NCBI GenBank assembly: GCA_021399345.1
Contig: JAAFKI010000092.1
Span: forward strand, 1-58,102
DNA length: 58,102 nucleotides
Reading direction: 5' to 3'
Source: Candidatus Heimdallarchaeota archaeon
GTDB lineage: Archaea; Asgardarchaeota; Heimdallarchaeia; Heimdallarchaeales; Heimdallarchaeaceae
Below, in pieces: positions 1 through 10,497 of this stretch. The position numbers were made by a program, and so were the translations under genes. Positions within the stretch are counted from its first letter, which is position 1. Each line of letters opens with the position of its first letter. The notes beneath the pieces are model-generated. The model was given only the letters and a program-made list of their open reading frames with translations, did no database searches and was not told the DNA's origin.

Positions 1-656
1 CATCTGTTCTTATTACAGGAGCTCTTAAGGGAGTTGCAAAACAGCAAGCAAAATACGAACAAATAATGCCAGATGTTGAATATAACAAATTAGCAATTGC
101 GCTAGCTCTTGGAGCTCAACAGTATATCAAAGATGAATTCAGTAGTGTACCTCGGTATATAAGATTAGGAAAGAAAATAGGAATTTCTCTTATTGCACCT
201 TTTATGCCATTTGGAATGCTTTTATACATTTTCTATAAATTTATCAGACATTTAATTATTTCTTCATTTAGAGCAATTATTTCTATAGGCACAAGAAAAA
301 TAATCAGATTCTTCTCTCAAAGATTTAAGGAAATATCTGAAACATTAACCACAACCTACGATAATGTTCAAAAACGAGGAAAAACATTTAATTGGAAAAG
401 AGATTTAAATATTGACTTTGCTGAAATCTTTAAAAAAGGTTTAAAATTTTTGATTAAGCTTCTACCAATGATTATTTGGCTATTTTTGAAGGGAATTTAT
501 AGGTTTATCAGTCGAATATGGACAAGAAGAAGCATTGAGGAAAGACAAAGAAGAGACTTTGAAAGAGAATTAACTACAGAATCTTTAATAGCAATGTATG
601 AAGAAATCTATGAAAAGCTGCTTATAACAGATTTACTTCTTTCAAAACCAGCATAA
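1..656 (+). CDS. 5'-truncated membrane protein of unknown function, paralog of the next gene
   Basis: Frame open from nt 3 (SVLITGALKGVAKQQAKYEQIMPDVEYNKLAIALALG), matching SVLITGALKGINQQEEKYNQIMADIESNKLAISLALG in 716..2446; shared C-terminal FE(R/K)ELTTESL..MY.EIYEKL. Confidence 0.85.
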   Translation, partial: SVLITGALKGVAKQQAKYEQIMPDVEYNKLAIALALGAQQYIKDEFSSVPRYIRLGKKIGISLIAPFMPFGMLLYIFYKFIRHLIISSFRAIISIGTRKIIRFFSQRFKEISETLTTTYDNVQKRGKTFNWKRDLNIDFAEIFKKGLKFLIKLLPMIIWLFLKGIYRFISRIWTRRSIEERQRRDFERELTTESLIAMYEEIYEKLLITDLLLSKPA

Positions 657-715
657 AACATTTTTCAATTGATAGTTACACAACTTTAAAATTTGTATAT
701 GCGATTATATTAGTA

Positions 716-2446
716 ATGGCTTCTTCAGAAAATGAAGGTGAATCTAAGGAATTTTTGGAAGAACAAGAAGAAGATGTCAAAGGAGAAGTAGTAGATAAAG
801 AGGATGTGAAAGAAGAATCTAAAGACAGAAAGATTTCATTTTCAATTGTTGCATTCCTTATTACAGTGATTTCTGTTGGTGCAAAGTTTGCCTTAATAAT
901 TTTTGATATTTTTGTACCAAGAGCTTTACGTGAATATGTTCCATTCTTTAATATGACAAGAAAAATCACTCTTCCGATATCTGAAATAATGGCAGGCAAG
1001 AAATCAAAAGAAATTTCTGAAGTTGCCAATGAGCTTGATGAACTTGATTTAAGGGGCCAGAAAGTTATGAAAGCTTATCCTTTACGTAGAACAATTGGTC
1101 AAGCTATGAGTATGGGAATATCTCCTATAATATTAGTTCTAATACCATCTATTATCTGGGGAGAAGGACTTGTAAATATGATTAAGGATAAATGGCCGTC
1201 TTTGCCGACTGCTGTAATAATTATTGGGTTAGGAACTATCATGTTGATAATCTCATGGATAGCAACTTTGTTTGGACCAATCTATGTTGTTTTTCACAAT
1301 TCAAGCAAGTATTTATTAAAAATGGGAGCTTACCGATGGGCTTCAATCTATCAGGATCTAGAAAATTTCTTTGCGATTCCTTATTATGCTGCGAAATCCT
1401 CCTTTTCGTTTTTTGATGCTCCACCAATTTCTAGTGAAACCTTAGATGAATTCAAGCTTGATATTAGAGAAGAGCTAGATGAGGTAAAGGAAAAAGTTGA
1501 AAGTTTGTTATCCCTTGATAATAAACATGTTCCTGAAAGATCTAAAAAAGAGCTCGAGAAACTTCTCAATAAAATCGATATACCTTTAACAGAATTTGAT
1601 TTAGCGAAAGTAAAAGATTCTACATCCAGAACCTTCGCATTACTAATTTGGGCAAAGGAAGTGTCAATTCTGCCATGGAGAAGAAATGAAGCTTTGGAAA
1701 GATTTGCAATAAGAAATAGATTAACTATTGAGGAAGCTGAAGAAGTATTCTATGCCCTAAATAGAAAAAGAAAGGCAGAGGGACTTAAAGAAGAAACCAT
1801 AAAATCAGTTCTGATAACAGGAGCATTAAAAGGAATTAATCAGCAAGAAGAAAAATATAATCAAATTATGGCAGATATAGAATCCAATAAACTTGCTATT
1901 TCTTTAGCTCTAGGAACTGAACAATATCTTGAAGATATCTACAGACCCCTTCCAAAATTCGTCGTTATCTTAAAAGCGATTGGAGTGTCTCTACTGGCAA
2001 TTTTAATGCCATTTCTACTTATTATACTAGCAGTTTTATTATACATCAAACACTTGCTTTTTACTTTGGTAAAGACAATTTTCTCTAAAGGCACTTTTCG
2101 AATCCATAAGTACATTGGTAAAAGGTATTCTGAAATTAAGGAGAATCTTATAGAAACATACCAATCAGTAAAACAAAAAGGTAAAGAATTTAGTTTCAAA
2201 GAAGATATAAATTTTAGTTTCAAGAAGTTCTTTTTATCATTTGGCAAACTTTTCCTAAAATTCCTATTGTTCTTGATTAAACTGGTTACACTTTGGCCAT
2301 TCTGGAAATCTCTTTACGTTAGAATTATTAAATTAATCCAAAGAAGAAAACCTGAAAATAGAATGCGAAGAATGTTTGAAAAGGAACTCACAACAGAATC
2401 ATTGGTTTTTATGTATCAGGAAATATATGAAAAATTGGTAGTTTAA
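716..2446 (+). CDS. Large multi-pass membrane protein of unknown function
   Basis: 576-aa ORF, acidic N-terminus, several hydrophobic segments separated by charged helical regions. Confidence 0.85.
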   Translation: MASSENEGESKEFLEEQEEDVKGEVVDKEDVKEESKDRKISFSIVAFLITVISVGAKFALIIFDIFVPRALREYVPFFNMTRKITLPISEIMAGKKSKEISEVANELDELDLRGQKVMKAYPLRRTIGQAMSMGISPIILVLIPSIIWGEGLVNMIKDKWPSLPTAVIIIGLGTIMLIISWIATLFGPIYVVFHNSSKYLLKMGAYRWASIYQDLENFFAIPYYAAKSSFSFFDAPPISSETLDEFKLDIREELDEVKEKVESLLSLDNKHVPERSKKELEKLLNKIDIPLTEFDLAKVKDSTSRTFALLIWAKEVSILPWRRNEALERFAIRNRLTIEEAEEVFYALNRKRKAEGLKEETIKSVLITGALKGINQQEEKYNQIMADIESNKLAISLALGTEQYLEDIYRPLPKFVVILKAIGVSLLAILMPFLLIILAVLLYIKHLLFTLVKTIFSKGTFRIHKYIGKRYSEIKENLIETYQSVKQKGKEFSFKEDINFSFKKFFLSFGKLFLKFLLFLIKLVTLWPFWKSLYVRIIKLIQRRKPENRMRRMFEKELTTESLVFMYQEIYEKLVV

Positions 2447-2559
2447 TTGGAATTAATATAATTACACTACCCATATATGGAAAACAAAACTTAAAAACGA
2501 GGTACTAGTTTCTTTTTTTGTCTTAAAGATACATGATGTAGTAATTGAGCTGTATTCAA

Positions 2560-3621
2560 ATGTCAAAAACTGATGAACCAGTATTGAAAAAATTTGGACC
2601 CGCGGTGATATCCTTAGCTAATTCAGCTAGAGCTTTTGATGCACCAGTAAGATATCCTGTTCTCTTTAGAGCTCCTTTCTTAGGAACTGCAGGATTAAAA
2701 GGCACAATGGCATTTCCAAGAATGTCATCATTTGTTACGCTTATAGAGCACTTCTTTGGATTGGTTATTCTTTTTCCAATACTTTTCTTCACAAGAGGGT
2801 TTGGAAAACTGAAAGAAGCAATGAAGAGTTTTACTAAACTTGAATGGTTTTCAGTTATTTTCATTTCAGTTGGAGGATCAGCGCTTGGCTTATTTTTCTT
2901 CTTAATTTCATTCGCTTTAGGCAATCCAACAATTGCTATATTATTACAAAAAGCTCAGCCTTTGATTACTTTTATTTTTGCATACTTTATACTAAAAGAA
3001 AGACCAACCAAATGGTTTTGGGGAGCTTTAGTCTTATCTTTAGTTGGAATAGGACTAATTGTAACTCCAGACATAATCAAAAGTACACAAACCTTCGATT
3101 ATACAGGTTTAATAGCCATTTTGTGTTCCTTAATAGCAGCAATCCTTTGGGGAGGTTCAACAGTTTTTGGAAGAATCTTGACAAAGAAAGTAGATTTTTG
3201 GGATCTGACCTTGCTCCGATATATCGGGGGATTTCTATTTCTAGTAATATTCAATGTAGTTCTATTTACTTATAACAAAGACTACTATGGTATGCTTGGT
3301 CAAACTGTGAGTGTTTTTGGACCATGGAGCTGGCAATGGCCTATGATTGTATGTATCCTTTTTTCAACTATATTTACAGGAGGAATATTACCTTTGAGCT
3401 TATATTACTTCGGTCTTAAAAGAACAAAAGCAACCATTGCTGGTTTAGCAGAATTAGCTTTTCCTTTGTTGGCTATATTGGTGAATTTTATCTTCCTAGG
3501 AGCAATTCTTGATTGGTATCAAGGCGCAGGAGCTATTATTTTACTAGTTACGGTATCGGCATTATCATTCATCAACGCTAAAGAAACGGAAAAAAAACCC
3601 AAGAATTTCATGGAAACGTAA
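2560..3621 (+). CDS. DMT/EamA family transporter
   Basis: About 10 TM segments in two repeats; motifs ILLQKAQPLIT..AYFILKE and LAELAFPLLA; ATG at 2560 preferred over TTG at 2545. Confidence 0.85.
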   Translation: MSKTDEPVLKKFGPAVISLANSARAFDAPVRYPVLFRAPFLGTAGLKGTMAFPRMSSFVTLIEHFFGLVILFPILFFTRGFGKLKEAMKSFTKLEWFSVIFISVGGSALGLFFFLISFALGNPTIAILLQKAQPLITFIFAYFILKERPTKWFWGALVLSLVGIGLIVTPDIIKSTQTFDYTGLIAILCSLIAAILWGGSTVFGRILTKKVDFWDLTLLRYIGGFLFLVIFNVVLFTYNKDYYGMLGQTVSVFGPWSWQWPMIVCILFSTIFTGGILPLSLYYFGLKRTKATIAGLAELAFPLLAILVNFIFLGAILDWYQGAGAIILLVTVSALSFINAKETEKKPKNFMET

Positions 3622-3626
3622 GCTAA

Positions 3627-4190
3627 TTACCAATCAATTCCAAAAGTTATCTCCAGAATATTAGGACCTAGAGCTTTACCATGATTGAAATTCAATAAGG
3701 TTATTCTGTTTTTTAGATAAGAACGAACATCATTCAGAAGAATTTCATAGCTGCTGCTATCAATTTCCTTCTCAAGATGAAGGGTTGCATTGAATATTTT
3801 CATCGCACTATCGTACTCAATGTCAACTTCTGTAAATGAATGTTTGAAGAATTTTGATGAAAACATTTCTTGAATTTCATTATATCTTTCAGTTAAGAAC
3901 CATTGAGGTACCAGCTCTTCTTCTTCCTCTGCTACATCTTTGTATGACTCTTTCATCTTTGCATGGTAGTCTCCCAACAGTTTGAATATTAGCTCATTAA
4001 CCCTGAGTAAGAGATAATCGTTGAAACTATCACTTGTCAGTAGTTTCCTCTTAACTTGTTCATAATAATCGCTAAACATTTCGTCACTATAATGGATCAT
4101 CTTAGATTCAAACCATTTTCCTACAATATCTAAAATACTAGTGGTATCAAACTGAAAAACAAGCTTGTTTGGTTTATCTTCATCACTCAT
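3627..4190 (-). CDS. Hypothetical soluble protein
   Basis: 187-aa ORF filling the gap; no recognised motif. Confidence 0.7.
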   Translation of the reverse strand: MSDEDKPNKLVFQFDTTSILDIVGKWFESKMIHYSDEMFSDYYEQVKRKLLTSDSFNDYLLLRVNELIFKLLGDYHAKMKESYKDVAEEEEELVPQWFLTERYNEIQEMFSSKFFKHSFTEVDIEYDSAMKIFNATLHLEKEIDSSSYEILLNDVRSYLKNRITLLNFNHGKALGPNILEITFGIDW

Positions 4191-4202
4191 TTAATCCAAC
4201 TC

Positions 4203-4412
4203 TTATGAATGCAGTAGTGTATACATAGGATTTCCTTGCTTATATATTATTCTGAAAACCAAAATAACAATCCATCTATGAATTTTTGATACTTGATACT
4301 GATTCTTGAACCAGTTTTGAGTCTGACCATATCCTGTAATTATTGTTCCAAAGAAAGAAGCAACCAAAAACCAGGATATATATCTATGTATTCTTACCCT
4401 CAGAGAAGCCAT
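4203..4412 (-). CDS. Small membrane protein, possibly a truncated cytochrome b-like or DUF4405-like remnant
   Basis: 69 aa; HR..SWFLV..GTIITGY TM helix and a second His (KIHRW), then an abrupt end. Confidence 0.4.
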   Translation of the reverse strand: MASLRVRIHRYISWFLVASFFGTIITGYGQTQNWFKNQYQVSKIHRWIVILVFRIIYKQGNPMYTLLHS

Positions 4413-4540
4413 TTTAGTAAGTAAACTTACGTTTTTCGTATTTTAAAGCTTAACATGTTACCAAAAAATGGAGAACCATTTCCAACGCTCTTAATAAAAA
4501 GTTTTGTTTTCGGAAGAAATTAGAAATAATATGTTTAGTA

Positions 4541-5356
4541 TTAATCAATGTGATAGAAAATATTTTTATTCTTCTTCAAATACCCATGTCGCCAAAGTCG
4601 TTCAAGAACATCAATAATAGCAGAATAGAAATTTTTAATCTCAGGTTTAATATTCAACCTAATTGGAATATCATGTGCTTCAGCATAGTAATTGAAATAC
4701 TGATAATCAAAAAATGTGAGCTCTGGTCTTGAAAATTCCCAATCTAGAAGTTTGATTTTCCCTTCATTTACAATAAAATTAGGAGGTATTAGATCTCCAT
4801 GAACGTGAGTTAAATGTTCAGAATATTCTTCTAAAATCTCTACTTGTCCATGGGTTAACTTCTTCAGTTTTTCAATTAACTTTGGAGGATAGTCATCACT
4901 TGAAGACTCAAAAAGTTGAGCAATATTTGTATAATATTTTATTACATCTTCTTTGATTGCTTTCCTTTTTTGTTTAGATTTGCGGTGAATTTTCTCAATA
5001 ATGCTCGTTATTTCCGAAGGGTCTAATAGGTTATAGTCGACTAAATGCAACTCTTGTCCCAACAAATATTCATAAACTAAAATTCCAGATTTATTCTCCC
5101 AGATTATCTTTGGAGCAATATCCCCACCAAAGAGTTCTAAGGCATGTTTTTCTCGTTCAAATCTTAATTCAAACTGATAAATTTCGTTTTTAGAGAATAT
5201 TTTGCAGACAGCTAAAGGTGCTCGTTCATTCCCTGAAATTAGATACTTTTCATTCGTATAACCTTTATCAATAGGTTGCCAACTGAATTGTTGATAATTC
5301 TTAGTCTGTTCAATGATTGCTATTTCAATATCATTTTTCAAGTTTTCAGGAATCAA
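4541..5356 (-). CDS. APH/choline-kinase-family phosphotransferase, candidate thiamine kinase
   Basis: GYTN loop, HGDLIPPNF Brenner motif, LLDWEFS; overlaps the ABC ATPase stop by 4 nt. Confidence 0.75.
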   Translation of the reverse strand: MIPENLKNDIEIAIIEQTKNYQQFSWQPIDKGYTNEKYLISGNERAPLAVCKIFSKNEIYQFELRFEREKHALELFGGDIAPKIIWENKSGILVYEYLLGQELHLVDYNLLDPSEITSIIEKIHRKSKQKRKAIKEDVIKYYTNIAQLFESSSDDYPPKLIEKLKKLTHGQVEILEEYSEHLTHVHGDLIPPNFIVNEGKIKLLDWEFSRPELTFFDYQYFNYYAEAHDIPIRLNIKPEIKNFYSAIIDVLERLWRHGYLKKNKNIFYHID

Positions 5357-6423
5357 ATTAAAATGACCTCGGATGGAAGAACATGTAGTTGTAGTTCTTT
5401 ATTTGCTGCAGAGCCTATATTAAGCATTTCCTTCTTGCAATCAACTTTGAAGTATTCAAGATGAGCATCCTTAAGATCAACTACAATCCTGAAATTTTCA
5501 TCATCCTTTTCTATAACAGATTTAATCCTTCCAATAAATTCTATCATTTTGTCATCTTCAGAAAGATCATGTACTATTTTAAAAGAAGAAGGCGGGATTT
5601 TTATTCCAGTTATTTTTCTTTTAATTTCATAAGGAAGGGTGATTAAGCCAATTGGAGTTGAAACCAAAGAATTACCATCTTCAGTTTCTAGATACTCAAC
5701 TGGCCAAACATTTGAAGAGCCCATAATCTTGGCTATTAGATAATTTCTAGGGGTTCTATCTACCTCTATTACACTTCCTATTTGTTGAATCTTTCCATCA
5801 TACATTAGAGCCACTCTATCACTAATTAATCTACTTTCTTCCTGGTTATGAGTAACATAGAGTGTCGTAATCCCTGTCTCCTTTTGAATTCTTCTTATCG
5901 TTAAAGCTAAGGATTCCCTACCAGAGGCATCAATACTTGATAATGGTTCATCAAGTAGCAATAAATTTGGTTTAATAGCTAATGCTCGGGCTAAAGCTAC
6001 TCTTTGTTTTTGTCCTCCACTAATTTCACTTGGAAATCTGTCCAATAAATCTTGAATCTGTGTGATCTCTGCAATCCATTTGATTCTTTCCTTTATCTCT
6101 TCTTTAGACAATTTATGAGCTTCTAAACCAAAGGAGATATTCTGCTCAACCTTCATATGTGGAAAAAGAACTTGTGCTTGGGGAACATACCCTACTTTTC
6201 TCTTTTGAGGTGTGTAGTTTGTAATATCTTTTTCATCAAAAATAATTGTTCCTTCTTCAGGTTCAATTATACCTGCAATAATCTTCAACAAACTCGTCTT
6301 TCCACATCCGCTCGCTCCTAAAAGAACTAGCAATTCTCCATCTATAATTTCGAGTTCAAAATCATCTATTATTAGTTTTTTTTCGTATTTCATAGATAAA
6401 TTATTTATTTTTACTTTAACCAT
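5353..6423 (-). CDS. thiQ: ABC transporter ATPase (thiamine uptake, ThiQ role)
   Basis: Walker A GASGCGKT, signature ISGGQKQR, Walker B LLLLDEP, H-loop YVTH; operon with thiB/thiP. Confidence 0.8.
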   Translation of the reverse strand: MVKVKINNLSMKYEKKLIIDDFELEIIDGELLVLLGASGCGKTSLLKIIAGIIEPEEGTIIFDEKDITNYTPQKRKVGYVPQAQVLFPHMKVEQNISFGLEAHKLSKEEIKERIKWIAEITQIQDLLDRFPSEISGGQKQRVALARALAIKPNLLLLDEPLSSIDASGRESLALTIRRIQKETGITTLYVTHNQEESRLISDRVALMYDGKIQQIGSVIEVDRTPRNYLIAKIMGSSNVWPVEYLETEDGNSLVSTPIGLITLPYEIKRKITGIKIPPSSFKIVHDLSEDDKMIEFIGRIKSVIEKDDENFRIVVDLKDAHLEYFKVDCKKEMLNIGSAANKELQLHVLPSEVILI

Positions 6424-6425
6424 TT

Positions 6426-8171
6426 CTACACCTTCAATTCAATATCTCCAAATTTGTTTATCAAATAGAAACATAAAGCTGTTATCAATATTAGAACACT
6501 TGCCATTGCGGTTGAAATTTGTAGTGTTTGAGAACCTAAGAGATTGTATATACCAATTGATAATGTTTCATAATTAGCTCTTGCTAGAAGAAAAGTTGCA
6601 CCAAATTCGCCTAAACTGATCGCGAAAGAAAAAATCCCTCCCACTATAATTCCCCTTTTTATCAATGGAAACTCAATTTTTCTAAAAACCATCACTCTAG
6701 AAGCCCCTAAAGATGATGCAACATTCAATAACTCAACATCAATTCGATTATATGCAACTAAAATTGATCTCGTTACGAACGGTATGCTGATTAGAACATG
6801 AGACATTATAATGAAAATCCAGACGGAATTATAATATGAACCCAACCCGCTATAACTAAGATAAAGTCCTAAACCCAAAGTTATCGATGATGTTGCCATT
6901 GGGAGGATTATGAGATAAGAAACAAAGCTTTCTGAAACTGATCTTTGGTATTTTTTGATACTTTGATATCTATTTCTAAGCACAAATACTATCAACACAG
7001 AGAGTATCAAACTAATTACAGCTGCTACAGTAGCAAACAGTAAGGTATTTCCAAAAAGCCTAATCGTGTTCGTATTGAGAGGAGTGATTTTCTGCTGAGT
7101 AAAAATTTGTGAGTACCCCCAAAATGGGGAATCTCCAGGAGATTTTGGAATAAATGATTTCACAATTATAGCTATAATTGGCGCAAATGAAAAGAGAATC
7201 ACAATAAAAACAAAAAATATGGAAAGAGATAAACTAACTATACTTTTCCAGTCTTTTCCTCTAAAAGAGAGTCTTTCTGTTTTAAGACCCTTTTCTTTAC
7301 CTTCTGCCATCTTTCTTGACTTACGTTCAACAACCAAATAAAGAATAATTACTAAACTGTTAATGACTAATTGGATCACAGCAAGAGAAGCTCCTTCTGA
7401 AAATTTTAACAAATCAAATGATTCATATATTAATACTTCAAGCGTATAAAAGTTGAAATTTCCCAGCTTCATTACGATTGCAAAACTATTGAATGTATAA
7501 ATGAATACTAATAATGATGAGGATATAATTGCGTTTTTTACTTGTGGAAAAACTATCTTCTGGAAAGTTTTACCTTTCCCGACACCAAGAGTTGATGAAA
7601 CTTCAATTTGCTCATTATCTATATTTTGCCAAGCAGGAATTGTTAATCTTATAATTACAGAAAGATTGTAAAAAACATGTGCGAGAATAATCCCTTGTAC
7701 CGTTCCATCTATAGTAATTAGAACATTGCTAGAACGTGTTATACTCTGCCAGAGCAGGTTTACCCATCCTCCTTGACCATATGTAACTGTAAATCCAATT
7801 AATACAATAACTGGTGGTAAAACGAAAGGTATAGTGAGTAAATTGATAATTAGTTTTTTTCCCTTGAATTCATATTTTGCAAAGAAATAACCAATAGGTA
7901 ATCCAATTAATAAACACAAAACGGTTGATAAAAACGCTTGGAGTAATGTAAAACCCAGGAATTTTAGATTAAAGGGATCACTCAGGGTTTCCCAAAAAAC
8001 CTTAAGACCACTTCCAGAATCTGAACTTAATGCTGTCTGGAAAATTCTAACTATTGGAATATAAAAGAAAGCTAAAAGAAAGGATATTAAAGCTATAATT
8101 GACAAGCTAATAATAAATTTATTTGATAATCCTTCAAAATTTCTAGATTTCTTTTGAATAGATCTATGCAT
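6426..8171 (-). CDS. thiP: ABC permease, ThiP/FbpB type (duplicated TM domain)
   Basis: 581 aa, two EAA-like loops (EVSSTLGV, NVASSLGAS), FTLLQAFLST and SLGEFGAT motifs. Confidence 0.8.
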   Translation of the reverse strand: MHRSIQKKSRNFEGLSNKFIISLSIIALISFLLAFFYIPIVRIFQTALSSDSGSGLKVFWETLSDPFNLKFLGFTLLQAFLSTVLCLLIGLPIGYFFAKYEFKGKKLIINLLTIPFVLPPVIVLIGFTVTYGQGGWVNLLWQSITRSSNVLITIDGTVQGIILAHVFYNLSVIIRLTIPAWQNIDNEQIEVSSTLGVGKGKTFQKIVFPQVKNAIISSSLLVFIYTFNSFAIVMKLGNFNFYTLEVLIYESFDLLKFSEGASLAVIQLVINSLVIILYLVVERKSRKMAEGKEKGLKTERLSFRGKDWKSIVSLSLSIFFVFIVILFSFAPIIAIIVKSFIPKSPGDSPFWGYSQIFTQQKITPLNTNTIRLFGNTLLFATVAAVISLILSVLIVFVLRNRYQSIKKYQRSVSESFVSYLIILPMATSSITLGLGLYLSYSGLGSYYNSVWIFIIMSHVLISIPFVTRSILVAYNRIDVELLNVASSLGASRVMVFRKIEFPLIKRGIIVGGIFSFAISLGEFGATFLLARANYETLSIGIYNLLGSQTLQISTAMASVLILITALCFYLINKFGDIELKV

Positions 8172-8186
8172 ATGTATGCTGCCTTC

Positions 8187-9404
8187 TCAATTTCTATGTT
8201 TTTTAATTATAACATAAGCAATTGAAGCGGTTAATATTGATAGAACAATTCCAAGGAAATTACTGAAAGAGGCTACTTCAGTCTTCCAATCACGCTTCCA
8301 CATCTCCAGATTATCTTTTAGAAGTTCTGAAGATATCAGATTATTAAGAATATCAACTTCATTTGGATTAATTGAATTATCTATAAAACAGCTTGATATT
8401 GTTGCATTATCATGAACAGGATACATCCAGTTGTTTAACGGAATATTATCTTGCAATTCCTTACTCAAGAACCAGTCAATAAATTGTTTACCAGCATCAG
8501 GATGGGGAGAATTATTCACTAACCCTATTCCTTCAATTTGTAGCCAAGCATTTTCAAGATTCTGTTCATGAGAAAGAATTGCTGCTGAAGGTGGGGGGTT
8601 GCCTTCACCAACTCCATAGATTGGGTGACAAACATCATAAGCTGGACTAGTTCCATAAGAAACCATCATTGGACGATTTTCTTCTTCGGTATAATAAATA
8701 CTAAATGCATCTCCCCAACTTGAGACTATTCTAAGATCCTTTTTAGCTTCTTTCCACCAATCTCTCCAATTTTGACCTAATAATCCTTCAAAACCTATAC
8801 TAGCATCGCCATAAACAGCTATTGTCCATAATAAAAAACCGAGTCCTGGGGAACTAAAATTAGGATTCTGAACAACCAGTTTCTTATCCAAATCATAATC
8901 TAATATATCTTGTAATGTTAGATTAGCTAACTCTGGATTAGTTGTTGTATTAATTCTGGTTACTGAATGCCATAAGGCTATTACTCCCATATCATAAGGC
9001 AAGACATATTTCTCAGAATCAAGATTATCTATAATGATCTGAGATATGTTTGACAGAGCTGGTGAATCATAAGGTTGGAGAATCTCTTCTTCTTTTGCAG
9101 TATATATTAGAACATTATCTATTCCAATCAAAACATCTGCTACAGGATTATCCTTTTCTAGAGCAGCTTGAGTGACTATTGAATTTGCATCAGATAACAG
9201 TATAACTTGTATATCCTCTTCAGGAATTCCGCTATAGTTTGAGAATCCAGAAATGAAATCATATCCAGGATCAGCAAGAAGAGAATCATAAGTATAAATA
9301 ACTAAGGAGTAATCTTCAACAGCATGATTCAAAGCTTTGGATTCGCTACAAACAGAAGTTGAAAGCATAATAAGGACTAAACAAAGTGTGAAGATCTTTC
9401 TCAT
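8187..9404 (-). CDS. thiB: Thiamine ABC substrate-binding protein with C-terminal membrane anchor
   Basis: YTYDS, GIDN, SSPGLGFL, SYGTSPAY, QIEG and NWMYP motifs typical of TbpA/ThiB; signal peptide and C-terminal TM. Confidence 0.85.
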   Translation of the reverse strand: MRKIFTLCLVLIMLSTSVCSESKALNHAVEDYSLVIYTYDSLLADPGYDFISGFSNYSGIPEEDIQVILLSDANSIVTQAALEKDNPVADVLIGIDNVLIYTAKEEEILQPYDSPALSNISQIIIDNLDSEKYVLPYDMGVIALWHSVTRINTTTNPELANLTLQDILDYDLDKKLVVQNPNFSSPGLGFLLWTIAVYGDASIGFEGLLGQNWRDWWKEAKKDLRIVSSWGDAFSIYYTEEENRPMMVSYGTSPAYDVCHPIYGVGEGNPPPSAAILSHEQNLENAWLQIEGIGLVNNSPHPDAGKQFIDWFLSKELQDNIPLNNWMYPVHDNATISSCFIDNSINPNEVDILNNLISSELLKDNLEMWKRDWKTEVASFSNFLGIVLSILTASIAYVIIKKHRN

Positions 9405-9468
9405 ATTATCACACTAATATATGTGAGAGAGATTTTAAATATTAGGGTCGCTATATAGGCGGGCTATA

Positions 9469-10380
9469 TTATTTCGGTAGAATGCTGATTAAGTTAAATA
9501 ACTCCCTCTTATCTTTGGCAAACAAATATGAGATTGATTCAAATCCTGGACTTGCTTTATCAACTAAAACTTGTACATCAATTATTCTATTGTTTTTTTC
9601 TATTTCTGAAAGAACCTGCTTTTTTGCTATATCTAGATGTTCTGTTTCAATAAATTTGATCTCCTTTACAAGAAAGATTTCTTTTAATTCTTCTTTAGTT
9701 TTAACACTCAGAATCCATTGAACATCTTGACGATATTTTTTCATCCAAAGGAGTAAAAGAGATGAAGTTTTAGAACACCCAAACTCAGGAGGACTAACAT
9801 TTGTAATCTGTTCCTTCACCTTAACTATTCTTCCTGGAAAGCTAGCTACATCATCCAAATCAGTTGCATCATTTTCACAATGAGCTAATTGAGCTCCTAT
9901 TTCAGGTATCCATTGATATAGGTCTTTAACACTTTTCATTTCTTCTAGAGTATCATTTAGATTCTGGAGGATTATTGATCTTGAGGCAATAGTTGGAAGA
10001 GTATCAAATCCAAAACATATGTTGCAATTCTGAATGTTATTGATTTCTGGTAGCATTTGCTTGTGAATAGAGCAAATAGGACCACTAACCCTTAGAGATT
10101 TGCACTTTGTACAAATTGTTCTCATCACATAATCTAGTGACTGTTTTGAAAAAAGCATCTCTGAAACAGCTACTGAAAGAGTTTCTAGATGAGGGTTGAC
10201 TCTTTTATCGCCTATTTCTGAAATATCCTTTTGTAAATAGGAAACAATTACGGGTTGTTTAACACCTAATATTTCTGCTATTCTATTTTGAGATAATCCT
10301 CTATCTCTCAACTCATGTGCCACTCTTATTCTTAAACTTGGTAAAAATGATGATGCAATAAACTCACAAGGAAATCTCAT
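9469..10380 (-). CDS. thiR: ThiR-type transcription regulator (HTH plus ThiN-like thiamine-phosphate-binding domain)
   Basis: N-terminal PCE..LPSLR..GLSQNRIAEILGVKQP HTH, C..C..C..H cluster, IPEIG..DVASFPGRI..PEFG.S ThiN-like domain; directly upstream of thiBPQ. Confidence 0.75.
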   Translation of the reverse strand: MRFPCEFIASSFLPSLRIRVAHELRDRGLSQNRIAEILGVKQPVIVSYLQKDISEIGDKRVNPHLETLSVAVSEMLFSKQSLDYVMRTICTKCKSLRVSGPICSIHKQMLPEINNIQNCNICFGFDTLPTIASRSIILQNLNDTLEEMKSVKDLYQWIPEIGAQLAHCENDATDLDDVASFPGRIVKVKEQITNVSPPEFGCSKTSSLLLLWMKKYRQDVQWILSVKTKEELKEIFLVKEIKFIETEHLDIAKKQVLSEIEKNNRIIDVQVLVDKASPGFESISYLFAKDKRELFNLISILPK

Positions 10381-10497
10381 TTAATCACTTATATGAGTAC
10401 TATAAAGGGGCCCTATTTAAAGTTTCCAAGAAACACGAAATATTACTAAACTACATAACAGATATAAACAACTACTGCTTTTGTTGCTTGAAATAGA

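Noticed and set aside
9405-9468. TPP riboswitch upstream of thiB
   Set aside because: Gap is only 64 nt and lacks the conserved TPP aptamer motifs.
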